A DNA stretch of 64,000 nt. It comes from an uncultured Fastidiosipila sp. (GTDB taxonomy: Bacteria > Bacillota > Clostridia > Saccharofermentanales > Fastidiosipilaceae). The translations under genes were made by a program, and so were the position numbers. The notes beneath the pieces are model-generated. The model had not been told where the DNA came from. It made no database searches and was given only the letters and a program-made list of their open reading frames with translations. The number at the start of each line of letters is the position of its first letter. Within the stretch, counting starts at the first letter, position 1. This document shows, piece after piece, positions 52,468-63,111 of this stretch. The stretch covers positions 42,619 to 106,618 of the forward strand of contig CAUPES010000004.1 in the NCBI GenBank assembly GCA_963510375.1, in the 5' to 3' direction.

Positions 52468-52983
52468 GTGAAACTACTTAAAGCTATATTAACAATACTA
52501 CTCTCACTAATTTTGGCAGCTTGCGGCACAGCAAACATAGAGACCGCAAAACCTCAACCACCTGAAGCAGAAAAAGCAACAAAGTCTACAACAGTGGCAA
52601 TAGCATCAGGCCATGAATCAGCAAAAATTTCCGGAAGCTTCTCTGGAACTATCATAGATTTTTATCCAGACTATGTAGCGGATGATGTAACTATAAAGAA
52701 GGCTCTAATCCAAATTCCTCAACAAGGATTATTTCTATTAAACATTGACAAGAATTTAAATCCAGAGCAAATTGAAAAGAATAGTAAATCATATAGATTT
52801 ACTATTCAAGAATACGACTTGAAAGATGATCAACTATCCGTCGTATTAAACAACAAAGACTTTTTCTCAAGAGCAGGCTGTAGTACTTTGCTAAGCATGT
52901 TTAGCAAAGAGATTGTCATTGATGCTGTTGAAGAAGATGCTGATAATAGCTGGGAGAATAATGTGAAAATTTTGATTGAATAG
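52468..52983 (+). CDS. Hypothetical lipoprotein
   Basis: GAGGTG RBS, GTG start, lipobox LAAC. Confidence 0.75.
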   Translation: MKLLKAILTILLSLILAACGTANIETAKPQPPEAEKATKSTTVAIASGHESAKISGSFSGTIIDFYPDYVADDVTIKKALIQIPQQGLFLLNIDKNLNPEQIEKNSKSYRFTIQEYDLKDDQLSVVLNNKDFFSRAGCSTLLSMFSKEIVIDAVEEDADNSWENNVKILIE

Positions 52984-53108
52984 ATAGTCTATTGGGTAGT
53001 TTTTGTTTAGATTATTATTAAAAATCAGTGGCGATGTTTATTATAAAAAAGGATATGTTAGGTCTAATCAGAAATGATTATTTTTTTTAATTTCAAATAC
53101 CCAGTTAA

Positions 53109-53203
53109 TGTTTAAATTCAAACATAATTCCTGTATTTGTGGAATTTTCATTCCTGTATTTGTAGATTTTCTATTCCTGTATTTGTAGCATTTCCATTGC
53201 TGG
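53109..53203. repeat. 23-bp-period direct repeat array behind a TGT end (IS21-family-like end or iteron-like)
   Basis: ATTCCTGTATTTGT(G/A)G at 53127, 53150 and 53173; degenerate ATTGCTG at 53196; preceded by TGTTTAAATTCAAAC. Confidence 0.8.
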
Positions 53204-53229
53204 CCTTGTGTTATTTTTATCTTTATATT

Positions 53230-53261
53230 AAAAAGGACGTGTTATTCACAACACGTCCTTG
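53230..53261 (-). terminator. Intrinsic terminator
   Basis: AAAAAGGACGTGTT-ATTCAC-AACACGTCCTT. Confidence 0.7.
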
Positions 53262-53432
53262 AATACACTTAACTCTTTTAACCAATTAATTTTACATATA
53301 AAATTATATATTCTTCACCGGCATTGTCGTATGTAAGGTAAACACTATTATAATAGTCTCTAACTTCATCATATCGTGGATCAGCCATTAACTCTAGTAC
53401 ATTAAGGTACTTATTTATAATTATAGAACTCC

Positions 53433-54293
53433 CTACTCGTCCAACATCAACTTACCTTTTTTAGCCTTATCCTTTAGACGCTTCATCTGTTCTTTTTCTA
53501 TCTGTTGAATACTTTTTTCAGGCACAGGTAAATCTTCTGGCATAGTTCCACCAATTTTTTCAATAGCACTCCTAACTTCTTTTCCTACCGAGTAGTGAAC
53601 TTTTGTTGCTGCTTCTGCACATTCTATCTTATCTTTTCTTAGCTTTTCTTCTGTTTGAGATATTCTAAATAGATTAGCAATGAGTTCGGTGCTTCCCATA
53701 TAATCCAAAATTTTTTGTTTCGCAGTTAAGCCTTTTCTGTCATGTATATCTTCTACATCTAATCCACCATACAATCCCATATAACCTGCATTCTGGAATA
53801 TGGCAAATTCTTCATTTGTTATAACGCCTGCATCATGTGCTGTTTCTACCAAAAGTTGATTCCATTGTTTTATATCACCACGAACAACAAGCCTTCTTCT
53901 ATCTTCATCAAGCTGATTAAAATGGTCTGCTATTTCCTGACGGTATGTCTGTATGGCAAAATATGTTTGTCCGAGTGCAATCACTTCTTTTCTCGGATCT
54001 CCGTTTTGAACAATCAAATAGCAAGCATATCTCGTAAGCTCATAATCTTTGATAGACTTACTTGTAGCACCTGCTTCCACGATTTTGCTAACCTCAGCAA
54101 AATCGTACTCTATTTCATGACCGCTGTTTTCACAGGCAATCATTGCTCTATCAATAACATTTTGAAAGTTTCGCCATTGAGAATAATCAAGTGCATCAGC
54201 AAGTTCTCTTGCACTCCAATACTCACTTCCGTCTTTTCGAACATATTTTATATCTTCAAATTTTTTATATTCTTTTGCTTTTAAATTTGGCAT
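53433..54293 (-). CDS. dinD: DNA damage-inducible protein D (Bro-N-like)
   Basis: EYWSAREL, LTRYACYLIVQNGDPRKEVIA, QTYFAIQT, ILDYMGSTEL, NLFRISQTEEKL, GGTMPEDLP. Confidence 0.9.
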   Translation of the reverse strand: MPNLKAKEYKKFEDIKYVRKDGSEYWSARELADALDYSQWRNFQNVIDRAMIACENSGHEIEYDFAEVSKIVEAGATSKSIKDYELTRYACYLIVQNGDPRKEVIALGQTYFAIQTYRQEIADHFNQLDEDRRRLVVRGDIKQWNQLLVETAHDAGVITNEEFAIFQNAGYMGLYGGLDVEDIHDRKGLTAKQKILDYMGSTELIANLFRISQTEEKLRKDKIECAEAATKVHYSVGKEVRSAIEKIGGTMPEDLPVPEKSIQQIEKEQMKRLKDKAKKGKLMLDE

Positions 54294-54379
54294 ACTATAA
54301 CAACTCCTTATTTAGTACATTATAAACAAAAGAAACATTACTCTACACAAATTTATGGCTCAAACGATAATTTACGCTA

Positions 54380-54540
54380 CTATTCAATGGTTGCTTTATC
54401 GTTCATGCGCATTGGCAATAGCTAATTCACGAAGGCTCGAAAGCTCATCATTTTCAGTATTTCTTCTATGAGTTTCAGTAATGTATTGATCTTGTTTTAA
54501 AAAATCTCATCATCTAGAACAAAAACGGGGGGGTTCACTA
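54380..54540 (-). pseudogene. hsdS: C-terminal remnant of a type I R-M specificity subunit
   Basis: Frameshifted ENDELSSLRE/LLPMRMNDKATIE*, matching the HsdS tail pattern EN.EL..LRDWLLPMLMNGQ..I. Confidence 0.65.
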
Positions 54541-54727
54541 CACTCACACCTCCTCTCTTTTTAATTTTTTTCATAAGAAAAGACTATAGATGTTTTACTT
54601 TCTATCGTCCTATATCTTCAGTATTTAATTTTATTAAGCTCTTCAAACTGGGATTTATCTATCATTATCCTTAATAATATGGATTATACTAGTACTGTTC
54701 AATATTTCCAGTTTTAGTAATATGATA

Positions 54728-55903
54728 TTATTTTTTGAATAAATACTTTTCCATACAAATCCCAATAATGTCATCACATTTTTTTACTTTGCTTCTATCT
54801 GGTATATTTCTGCTTTTTTTAGTTTCAAAAGAATACATAGCATAAGCAGAATTAGCATCAACTTCTTCCAACTTCTTATATGCAGTCGCTAGAATTGAAT
54901 TATCATCAATTTTATCTAAATACCGTCCTGTGAATTTATCATTATCAAATTCATAATATCTGGTTTTATCATTGGGATTATATTCATTATTGCTACCTTT
55001 CTCGTATCGACTTTCATGATTTAAGTTATACCATCCATATCCATATCCAGAAGATGGAATCACGAGTATCGGAACTCCAAATATTCTTTTAACACCATCT
55101 TTCTCCTCAAAAGCTGTACAAAACACAATCATATCTTGCCATTGCAGGAATGATTCAGCTCTATATCTATTCATAACAGTATCTTTAATATTATCACTTA
55201 AAATTTCAAATATATTTTTTCCTTCCGTTAATTCCTCCGAAATATCATTATAATTTTCTACAATTTCAGATACTAATTCATTAAAAATATTCTTTGGCCC
55301 TTCGATACTTGAAGGTGCCCATAATGCCTCAGGATATTTTTCTTTGTCTACTTGAAATACATTATTTGCACTTCCGCATAAGTAAAGTTCAATATCCCTA
55401 TAAAGACCATACCATATATATGCTGATTTAATTATATTTTCTGGTCTAAACTCTGCAATACGTCCATGAAAAACTGGAAAACGAGTATAGAAATATCCTT
55501 TTTTATTTACTTCGGTTATCTTCTTACCTTCTTCTTTTATCTTTTCCAAGTTATCTTTGATAGTCGAAATTTCTGAGCTTTTGTCATAAGATTCCCAATC
55601 TTTAACCCCTAACTCTTTAGAGGAAGAATTTTCTGACTCTATAAATATTAAATTATTTCCTATCTTACCTTTCATAGAGTCAATATTTCGCATAACACTA
55701 CCTCTTTCATGATTACTTGATACTTTTTGCTTAATATTAAAAGTATCTAATAAAAGATTGTAATGTGTTTTTGAAAAATAAAGTGGCGTTTCACCATCTT
55801 TAAATAATATATCATTGAGTGTTTCCTCTGATTTCTTTTGTGATTCGTAATATATTTTAGCTGCCTTTTTCGCCTTGAAATAATCAAATATATAATCAAA
55901 CAT
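54728..55903 (-). CDS. Hypothetical protein (391 aa) in the defence island
   Basis: Start set at ATG 55903 after AAAGGAG; PLYFSK, LYLCGSANNV...WAPSS and IFGVPILV recall DUF7019-like proteins (weak). Confidence 0.65.
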   Translation of the reverse strand: MFDYIFDYFKAKKAAKIYYESQKKSEETLNDILFKDGETPLYFSKTHYNLLLDTFNIKQKVSSNHERGSVMRNIDSMKGKIGNNLIFIESENSSSKELGVKDWESYDKSSEISTIKDNLEKIKEEGKKITEVNKKGYFYTRFPVFHGRIAEFRPENIIKSAYIWYGLYRDIELYLCGSANNVFQVDKEKYPEALWAPSSIEGPKNIFNELVSEIVENYNDISEELTEGKNIFEILSDNIKDTVMNRYRAESFLQWQDMIVFCTAFEEKDGVKRIFGVPILVIPSSGYGYGWYNLNHESRYEKGSNNEYNPNDKTRYYEFDNDKFTGRYLDKIDDNSILATAYKKLEEVDANSAYAMYSFETKKSRNIPDRSKVKKCDDIIGICMEKYLFKK

Positions 55904-56032
55904 TTTATTGGTATCTCCTTTATCACAACATTGTCTATAGTTTCTTTTTTGGTATAAATTCAATTCGCTTTGATTGATATTCTTTATAATATTTTTTATA
56001 GAATATTTGTTTCTCCACAAATTTTAATTTAT

Positions 56033-56218
56033 CTAAACCGCTTTAATCTTCTTATTTATGAATTCAATGAATGCTATCACAGTTGCCCCCGTCATCAGAA
56101 GGCCATAAGGACTAAATATGAAACCTTGCCCTTGAACTCTGGAACTATTGCTTTGTACTCTGAAACTTTTATTTTGAGCATAGAAAAAGACAGTATTGCT
56201 ACCGTCTATAAAAAACAT
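56033..56218 (-). pseudogene. Possible degenerate Abi_C (abortive-infection HEPN-like) C-terminal fragment
   Basis: RVQSNSSRVQGQG...LLMTGATVIAFIE loosely resembles RN.....HGQG...A.I.F; the motif is degenerate. Confidence 0.3.
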
Positions 56219-56225
56219 ATAAATC

Positions 56226-57248
56226 TTAATGAAATTCTCTATCTTCTAGTGTATCACTCATATCTGTCTCAGCATCAATTTTTGAAATAAGATCATTCTC
56301 CGCTTCCAAAATATCCAATTCTATAGCAACTTTACTTGCAAAATTACAAGACGAGAAATCTATATTCGAATTATTTAATATACCAAAATAGAACTCATAT
56401 ATATCTGGATCTTTTAAAATCCAAGAAACTTGACTATTTTCCTCTGCACATTTACATAACTCTTCAATCTGAACTTCAGTCCAGCCTGAATATTTATTAA
56501 GCATTGCAATTATACCGTGAGTGGATAAGAAACTAGAACTTTCTTTTAATTTCTCTATTAGTTTTTGCTTTTCGTTCTCTGTTTCTAATACAATATCATG
56601 CTCATTCAGAAAATCTACTAAATGTGTATAAAATTTAATCTTCCCATGTTTTCTTCTCTCCCATTCTTTCTCCAAAAATGGATTCACTCTTTTATCATCA
56701 ATCACTGAGCGATAATCCTTATCAGCACTTACAATAAAAATATCTTGATTATTAGGAACAGACTTCAAAAGAGCTTCCCAATTTATCGCATCTCCATATT
56801 TATTATCTTTTCCAGGAGGATTTCCGATTCTATATCGATTGTACGCTAAATCAATAAATTCATCACAAGGAATCATATCTTTTTCATTAAAAAACTCGGC
56901 AATTGTTTTATCTGCAGGCAAATTTTCACTAGCAATGTCATATTCAATTTTTTTAAGCCATTTTTTATACCTTGATTCTATATCTCTCATATCCTCACTG
57001 AAACAAGCAAATTCTTCATACCCCTTTGCAAAGACTGGATATGCTGGTACTTTAACCACAAATTCCCTCATAGCAGTTTTGATTTTATTTTCCCTATTCC
57101 TAATGATTTCATCATATATTTGTCTTGGTCTAAATAAATTTATACTTGTACCTAAACAATCCTTTAATTTTTCAAATTGAGATAAATCATCTTTTGTAAA
57201 ATGATATAATGACAACCATATATTGGTATCAATAAATAAATTTTTCAT
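56226..57248 (-). CDS. PIN-domain nuclease (DUF4935-like)
   Basis: LFIDTNIWL, DEIIRNRE, GNPPGKDNKYGDAINWEALL, IVSADKDY: four acidic PIN positions. Confidence 0.8.
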   Translation of the reverse strand: MKNLFIDTNIWLSLYHFTKDDLSQFEKLKDCLGTSINLFRPRQIYDEIIRNRENKIKTAMREFVVKVPAYPVFAKGYEEFACFSEDMRDIESRYKKWLKKIEYDIASENLPADKTIAEFFNEKDMIPCDEFIDLAYNRYRIGNPPGKDNKYGDAINWEALLKSVPNNQDIFIVSADKDYRSVIDDKRVNPFLEKEWERRKHGKIKFYTHLVDFLNEHDIVLETENEKQKLIEKLKESSSFLSTHGIIAMLNKYSGWTEVQIEELCKCAEENSQVSWILKDPDIYEFYFGILNNSNIDFSSCNFASKVAIELDILEAENDLISKIDAETDMSDTLEDREFH

Positions 57249-57336
57249 TTCTTCACCTTATATAATTCTATCCTTTTTATATATTATACCTTCTATAACA
57301 ATTCTTATAAAGCACAAAAAGACACCTTGTTGCTTC

Positions 57337-58345
57337 CTGTAAAGTGCAACATAAACTGAAGTTGTTTTTTTGTACAATGTTAATTGTTTACGCTATGGCT
57401 AAATACTTACCATTTGCATTATTTCCTTCCAATATCTTTCTCGGGTAACTATTTATAAATTCCTCTAATTTATTAATTTCTTTCTGTGGTATATCTTTTA
57501 GCTTTGTACCTTTAGGAATAAAATATCGGATAAATCCATTTGGATTTTCATTGCTTCCTCGCTCCCAAGATGAGTACGCATGCGCATAATAAACACTTGT
57601 TCTATATTTTTGACTATATATAGACTTTTCCATGCTTTTCCTGTCTTGAAACTCTGCTCCATTATCTACTGTTATACTCTTAAACTTTTCTTTAAATGCT
57701 CTTGCTCCTAGTTTTTTTCTATACTATTAAGTTTTTTCACTACAGATTCTTATCTTTGCGTATTTATCTTTAAAATAATACATTCTCTTGTGTAACGATC
57801 CACAAGTGTCAACAAACAAGTTCTATCTCCCTTACCTGACTCTATACAATCGATCTCCCAGTGTCCTGCTTCTGTACGTTCTTCTATAGCTTTTGGTCTA
57901 TGGTTTATTCTCTTCTTATCTGGTGGAGATAAGCGTTTTTCTATAAAGCGTTTTCTTTGTCTAGGTTTATTGCCTTTACGTGGAAGGTCTTTTATTGTGA
58001 CTTCTAGGAATACTTCTTTTTCTATATAGTTGTAAATAGTTCTGGTACAAAGTTTTTTATCTGTTGGCCAACCAACTTTATCGAAATACATTGTTATTGC
58101 TGCCGGAGAAAATTTCAGCTTATTTATGTTATTCATCTCTTTTCCTATTAACATGTTTTCTATTATTCTGGCTAATGTATGGTCGTTACTAATCTTTAAA
58201 GTTGGTCCTTTATTACTCCAAGTCTTTTCTACGGTTTTCTGGCTACTACAGAGGAGTATGCTGTGTATTCTTTTAGAATAGAATTCTTTTGCTGTACTTT
58301 CCACGTTTGAGTTCTCTAAATAGAGTTGCTTCACTCCAACCTAAT
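57337..58345 (-). mobile_element. Decayed IS30-family element (transposase in frameshifted pieces)
   Basis: RTIYNYIE, RPKAIEERTEAGHWEIDCI, LLTLVDR, TVDNGAEF (57650-57675), YYAHAYSSWERGSNENPNGFIR, INSYPRKIL. Confidence 0.88.
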
Positions 58346-58435
58346 ATCTTTGCTAATTCTTTTTGATTTAATTTATCATTTTTAGACCGTTTCAAATTAT
58401 TGTACAGGATTGTTTGAGCCTTTTATAATTTCAGT

Positions 58436-58691
58436 TTATTTTACAGTTCGCCCTTTTTTACGAGAACGCATTAATCCTTCGTCACCGAATGCTTTGTATA
58501 CATAAATCCAATTGTGTAGCTGTTTGCTAGAGCCAATTTCATGTTTTTTTGAAAGATATTCCGTTTCACCTTTGCCATCCAAATATTCTAAAACAACTTT
58601 CTTCTTAAATTCAAAACTATATTTTGTCATAAAAATACTAACCTCCCATTCGTTAGATTTTGGTCTAACTTTTTTTTGAGGGGTCGGTACA
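58436..58691 (-). mobile_element. Truncated IS3-family (IS150-like) element: left end and OrfA fragment
   Basis: End TGTACCGACCCCTCAAAAAAAAGTTAGACC at 58691; GGGAGG RBS; MTKYSFEFKKKVVLEYL...W...YKAFGDEGL. Confidence 0.8.
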
Positions 58692-58694
58692 TTC

Positions 58695-59176
58695 ATCAGA
58701 AAATGAAGCCTGGGAATTATTTAAAACTTACTACATAGATCCTGATAGATATCCCTTAAATATAAATGGGTTTAAAGCTAGAAATGGAGTAGAGTGCACT
58801 GCCGATGCTATTATTTCGATTAATAGAATATATAGTCATGAGGGTTTTAATCAGAAATTCATATATGTTCCCTAGAGAACGAGGAGGAATTAATACCTCT
58901 AGATACTCTATATTTGGTGACAGGATATATCACACTTTATTTGATTTAAAACAATACTTTGAAAATAAGGAGTGTAAGTTGAATAAAGCCTATCAGTTAC
59001 CCAGGACTAAATTGTGGCTAGATTCATTTAATAACTTTCAAGAATTGATAACTTATATGAAAATAGATGGAATTTTCACTGATGCAAATAATGAAATTTA
59101 TGATTTGGAAAAGAGTAATAATGAAATAACAAATTCATATTGCGATTACTATAATAAAAAATGGTCTGAAGGATAA
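58695..59176 (+). pseudogene. Hypothetical (DUF6994-like) gene, cut at its 5' end by the IS3 element and frameshifted
   Basis: One frame SENEAWELFKTYYIDPDRY...CTADAIISINRIY shifts to FPRERGGINTSRYSIFGDRIYHTLFDLKQYF. Confidence 0.5.
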
Positions 59177-59248
59177 CATAAAAACACAAAAGATAAAATA
59201 AATATTTTCAACCAAAAATTTTATCAATAAAGTTTATCTTATTATCAC

Positions 59249-59920
59249 TTAAATTTCTCTGAACAAATCTATTTTATTCCCGTTTTTATCTTTCCATTCA
59301 GTCCAGCCATTATTAGGCCGTCCTATGACAATCCATCCTGCAGTCGAAGGAGAGCTACAAACAACATCTTCCATTAAGATATTATTTTCAATCTTAGCAT
59401 TTCGTCTTATTGCTGGTACAAAGCCTGCTTTAGTTGGAGCACAGATACTTCCTTTTAAAACTTTAAACACACCATCTTCAACAACAGCTTTGCCACTAGT
59501 TTTTCCAAAACCTCTAATATTTCTATCTAAATAATAGGTGCCATCTGGAATAAAACCTGCATCTGATTTTATTTCCAATTCTTTTACAGCATCATCAAAT
59601 ATTTTTTCTTTGCTCTTTTCTTTTGGATAAACCACAACCCCCTCAAATGAAGAAAGTAAGTTTATTACTAAGTCGATATCTAATGCGAACAGCTCAGTAT
59701 TAGGGACTTTGCTTTTTCTAAATATTTCATCAAGTAGATTTTCTTTCTCATCATAATCTTCTACTTCTATTGCAAAGTTACGCTTCAATCCTGTGACATT
59801 GGAATATCCATTTCTTTCTAAATTGTACATGCGAGATTCAAAGTTATCACTACCTGTTTTTCCAATTTTTATAAGACCAGGCACAACTGTGGTCATTACA
59901 TAAATTATCCCTCTAGCCAT
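59249..59920 (-). CDS. GIY-YIG (T5orf172-type) nuclease fused to a DUF4357/RAMA-like domain
   Basis: GIIYVMT...LIKIGKT...R...E...TELF; C-terminal VLKGS...SSPSTAGWIVIGRPNNGWTEWK. Confidence 0.8.
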   Translation of the reverse strand: MARGIIYVMTTVVPGLIKIGKTGSDNFESRMYNLERNGYSNVTGLKRNFAIEVEDYDEKENLLDEIFRKSKVPNTELFALDIDLVINLLSSFEGVVVYPKEKSKEKIFDDAVKELEIKSDAGFIPDGTYYLDRNIRGFGKTSGKAVVEDGVFKVLKGSICAPTKAGFVPAIRRNAKIENNILMEDVVCSSPSTAGWIVIGRPNNGWTEWKDKNGNKIDLFREI

Positions 59921-60273
59921 TTTTTACCTCTAATTTTTTAATAATTCATAATATTAGTTCAAACTCTATTTTACCAATTCAACAAACATTTATTTAGAAA
60001 AAAACACACAAAGCAATTAGCAAATACAAAGTTTAAACTATCTATAGGAGAGGAGAAATTACTAGTCCTATTATTAATCGATTTGGAATTCAATAATTTT
60101 CATATAGAATGGAACGAAATGAGAAAAAACATTATAACGGCGAAATCATAGGTGAAAAGTTTGAGGATTGGAAACTGTCTTATCCGAAAAAATCAAGATT
60201 TTTAAAGAATCATAGGTAATCCTATTATCAATTGCAGAGTATTAAATGATTATAGAATTACGAAATATATGGA

Positions 60274-60996
60274 GTGAATAAGTTAATGGATGCTGATAGA
60301 AAAAATTTTACCTTTGATAATTGGTATAAAGAAATTTATAAAATTAAAAATAATTATAATATTACTTTAAATGATATTTTTGATTTTGACAAAATAATTC
60401 AATACAATGGCAATAATATGATTTGTCCTCGTACAATTGAAGAGATAGAAAAAAATAACTCACTATCCTCAAAAAAAAAGAAAAATATAAAAAGACTTAT
60501 AGAATGTAGCAAAAATTTGGAAAATAACGGGTTTTATCCATTTAGGTTGAGTGGCGATGCAGATTATGAACTAAAACTTGATAAAGAAAAAGCTAAAGAA
60601 ATGCACTATCTACTGAATTTTTCATTAATACCTGTAACCTGTAATTTAAATATTGTTAAGGGACAACGCCAATTATTTGATTTTCTCAACAATGATTTGG
60701 GCGATTATTATATAAATAAAGATATCAATCATATACCTTATCGAAAGTGGGGTAAGCAGTATAAAGATGAAAAGAAAAACTTTAAAAAAATGGATTTAGA
60801 AAAGAAAGCTTTGAAAGCTTATTTGGATATTTTTGATAGCATTGAAGAATATTGTAAAGTAGTTTACTTGGTAGAAAAAAATACACTTAGTAGCTTAAAT
60901 GCAAAAGGATATTGGAAAGAAAGAAAAGAAATTACTAAAACTAAAATAAAAGAAGATCTTCTATGTATTGATATTTCAGCAGAATGTTATAAATAG
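60274..60996 (+). CDS. Hypothetical protein (weakly DUF6994-like); 5' region from about 60050 looks degraded
   Basis: LSGDADY...MHYLLNFSLIPVTCNLN; short broken frames upstream. Confidence 0.5.
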   Translation: MNKLMDADRKNFTFDNWYKEIYKIKNNYNITLNDIFDFDKIIQYNGNNMICPRTIEEIEKNNSLSSKKKKNIKRLIECSKNLENNGFYPFRLSGDADYELKLDKEKAKEMHYLLNFSLIPVTCNLNIVKGQRQLFDFLNNDLGDYYINKDINHIPYRKWGKQYKDEKKNFKKMDLEKKALKAYLDIFDSIEEYCKVVYLVEKNTLSSLNAKGYWKERKEITKTKIKEDLLCIDISAECYK

Positions 60997-61434
60997 CTTT
61001 TTGAGAAACATAGAAAGTAAAATATCCCAGCCTTTTTTACTCTAAGTTTGTCTAAATAATATTTGCATGAATGTCTACTTACTAATCAACACAAAAAGAC
61101 CGTAACAACTAAGCTACGGTCTAATTTTTTATATTCAATTGCAAGCCACTTTGAACAATACTTGAGATTATTCTTTCTGAAATCTTTAATCAATTTTGCC
61201 CCAGTTGCTCACTCTAATAGGCTATAAACCTTGAGAATAAGCCATTTTCGATAAAATATCTACTATTCCCATTCTTCTTTCTCAAACGTCAGATATATCC
61301 CAATTTATTCAAAATACTGCATTTTATTTTTACAGTATCACTAAATCCACCTAATTATAGGACGTTTTCAGATTTTTAGTCCCGTCCCAGTCCCAGTACC
61401 GGACAAATGAATAAACTTTATATACCAAATTTGT

Positions 61435-63102
61435 TTATTCAACCTTAGCCATTAAATCCATTACTCTAGCCTTTATATTTTCTAATTCAATTGATAATTG
61501 CTTTTTAGCTGTTGGTGTTATAATTGAAGTATGACCAACTGCATCTCTAACAGGTTTATATATGTCAGATGAGCGACTCAACGCAGGATCTTTATTTTTA
61601 TCTGATGCCTTATCGATAAAATTTGACAAATATTTCATATCAAGATAGTAAATATCTTCCATTGATTCTCTTATATCATAACTAATATTTGCTATTCCTT
61701 TGTTCTCTTTTTCTCTTTCCTTCCATTTACTAGCTTCTTTTGTTGCTTCATCGGATAAATCCATTTTATTATAAACTATATATTTTCTTAAGAGATTCTC
61801 AGCTATAAAACATTCTACATAAGATGGAATATTATATTCCGATTCAGTAGATAAAGATTTAACCCACTCATCAACAAGTTGATCTTTCTTAACTTTTTTA
61901 TAATCACTATTTTGCTTATGAGTTTCTTTCATTTCCTTGATAGTTGTATTAAATAATTCCTGAGCTTTTCTCTTCTTAGGTGTAATCTTCATATTATCAG
62001 GATCGCCATCATCTCCTTTTTCACGTCTTAAATCATCCCAATCATCAATTATGTTTTTAAATAATCTTTCCACTTCATTAAGTAGTAGTTTATAATTTTG
62101 ACTATCAGAAATGATTCCTTCTCTACTGCTTGTAAATATATCTTTTGTATTACCTGACTCCAGATCATCAAAATGAATTTGACCGTATACATAATTTTCA
62201 ACGATTCTAGAAGTTGGCGTATGTCTCAGTATATCTTTTTCCCTTAATCTTCCGTTTACAAAAAGATCAATCGTTAACTTTTCTTGTGTACCACGAATTT
62301 TAAGTTTTGATGGTTTGTTAACTGATGCAATATAACCTTTAATATTAATATCTGATTTTAATATTTTTTTCTCTATATCTGAAGGTAATTGATTAATGAA
62401 TGAATCTTCTATATTATTTATTATCCAAATAAACTGTGTGTCTTTTGCAAATTCCTTCAACATTTTCTCATCAATTTTTTCGTCATTAACATATATATTA
62501 AAATTTTTATCTAATAACGAAAATCTAAAGTATAATGCTATTGATTTTTTTATATAATCAACAGTATTAGTTATTCCTTCGTTAACATTTTCAAATAAAA
62601 TATAAGTTCCTTTTTCTAATTTATTTAGTGATGGTATATCATCAGATGTAAGTTTCTCAAGTACATATTCCTGCGAATTTAAATCATCGTTAATTGCTTC
62701 ATCTAACCTAGAATTATCAATAATACCTCCTACAATATCTGTTTCCTTTGTTTTAGATGCTACGTGAATTCTCTGAGCACAAGATAATAAAGCCAACTTT
62801 CCTATACCTTTTCTTCCTATAAAAGGTCTCCCATTTTCTGTCTTATACTCACCATTTTTCCTTTTTGAATAGCCAATTTTCAAAAATTTATTTTGAAAAT
62901 CTTCGTATGTCATGCCAATACCATCATCTATAATTTCCATAGAATTATTATTTTTATCGATATTTATCCACACATTTTTAGCATCTGCATCCCATGAATT
63001 TGATATGGCTTCACCTAAAATTGTTATAATATTTCTATATAAATTTCTACCTAAATGATTTAATACACTTAATGAAATGTTAAAAGTAAAATTATTCTCC
63101 AT
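61435..63102 (-). CDS. GHKL/MORC-type ATPase with a C-terminal Swt1-like HEPN domain
   Basis: LGRNLY, EAISNSWDADA, DDGIGM, GRKGIGKLA, GT; transducer LFVNGRL...GQIHFD...SSRE; C-terminal FIAENLLRKYI...YYLDMKYL...VRDAVGH. Confidence 0.8.
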   Translation of the reverse strand: MENNFTFNISLSVLNHLGRNLYRNIITILGEAISNSWDADAKNVWINIDKNNNSMEIIDDGIGMTYEDFQNKFLKIGYSKRKNGEYKTENGRPFIGRKGIGKLALLSCAQRIHVASKTKETDIVGGIIDNSRLDEAINDDLNSQEYVLEKLTSDDIPSLNKLEKGTYILFENVNEGITNTVDYIKKSIALYFRFSLLDKNFNIYVNDEKIDEKMLKEFAKDTQFIWIINNIEDSFINQLPSDIEKKILKSDINIKGYIASVNKPSKLKIRGTQEKLTIDLFVNGRLREKDILRHTPTSRIVENYVYGQIHFDDLESGNTKDIFTSSREGIISDSQNYKLLLNEVERLFKNIIDDWDDLRREKGDDGDPDNMKITPKKRKAQELFNTTIKEMKETHKQNSDYKKVKKDQLVDEWVKSLSTESEYNIPSYVECFIAENLLRKYIVYNKMDLSDEATKEASKWKEREKENKGIANISYDIRESMEDIYYLDMKYLSNFIDKASDKNKDPALSRSSDIYKPVRDAVGHTSIITPTAKKQLSIELENIKARVMDLMAKVE

Positions 63103-63111
63103 TTAATTTTC

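Noticed and set aside
53127..53203. CRISPR array
   Set aside because: The variable segments are only about 7 nt at a 23-bp period, far too short for spacers; no cas genes in the window.
53280..53410. Short minus-strand frame after dinD (YLNVLELMADPRY...)
   Set aside because: No RBS or recognisable family; probably a gene tail remnant but not supportable.
1732..59534. Many short antisense ORFs in the track (e.g. 1732-2178, 28257-28706, 32969-33460, 46133-46591, 53835-54284)
   Set aside because: Shadows of well-supported genes on the opposite strand, with no RBS or motifs.
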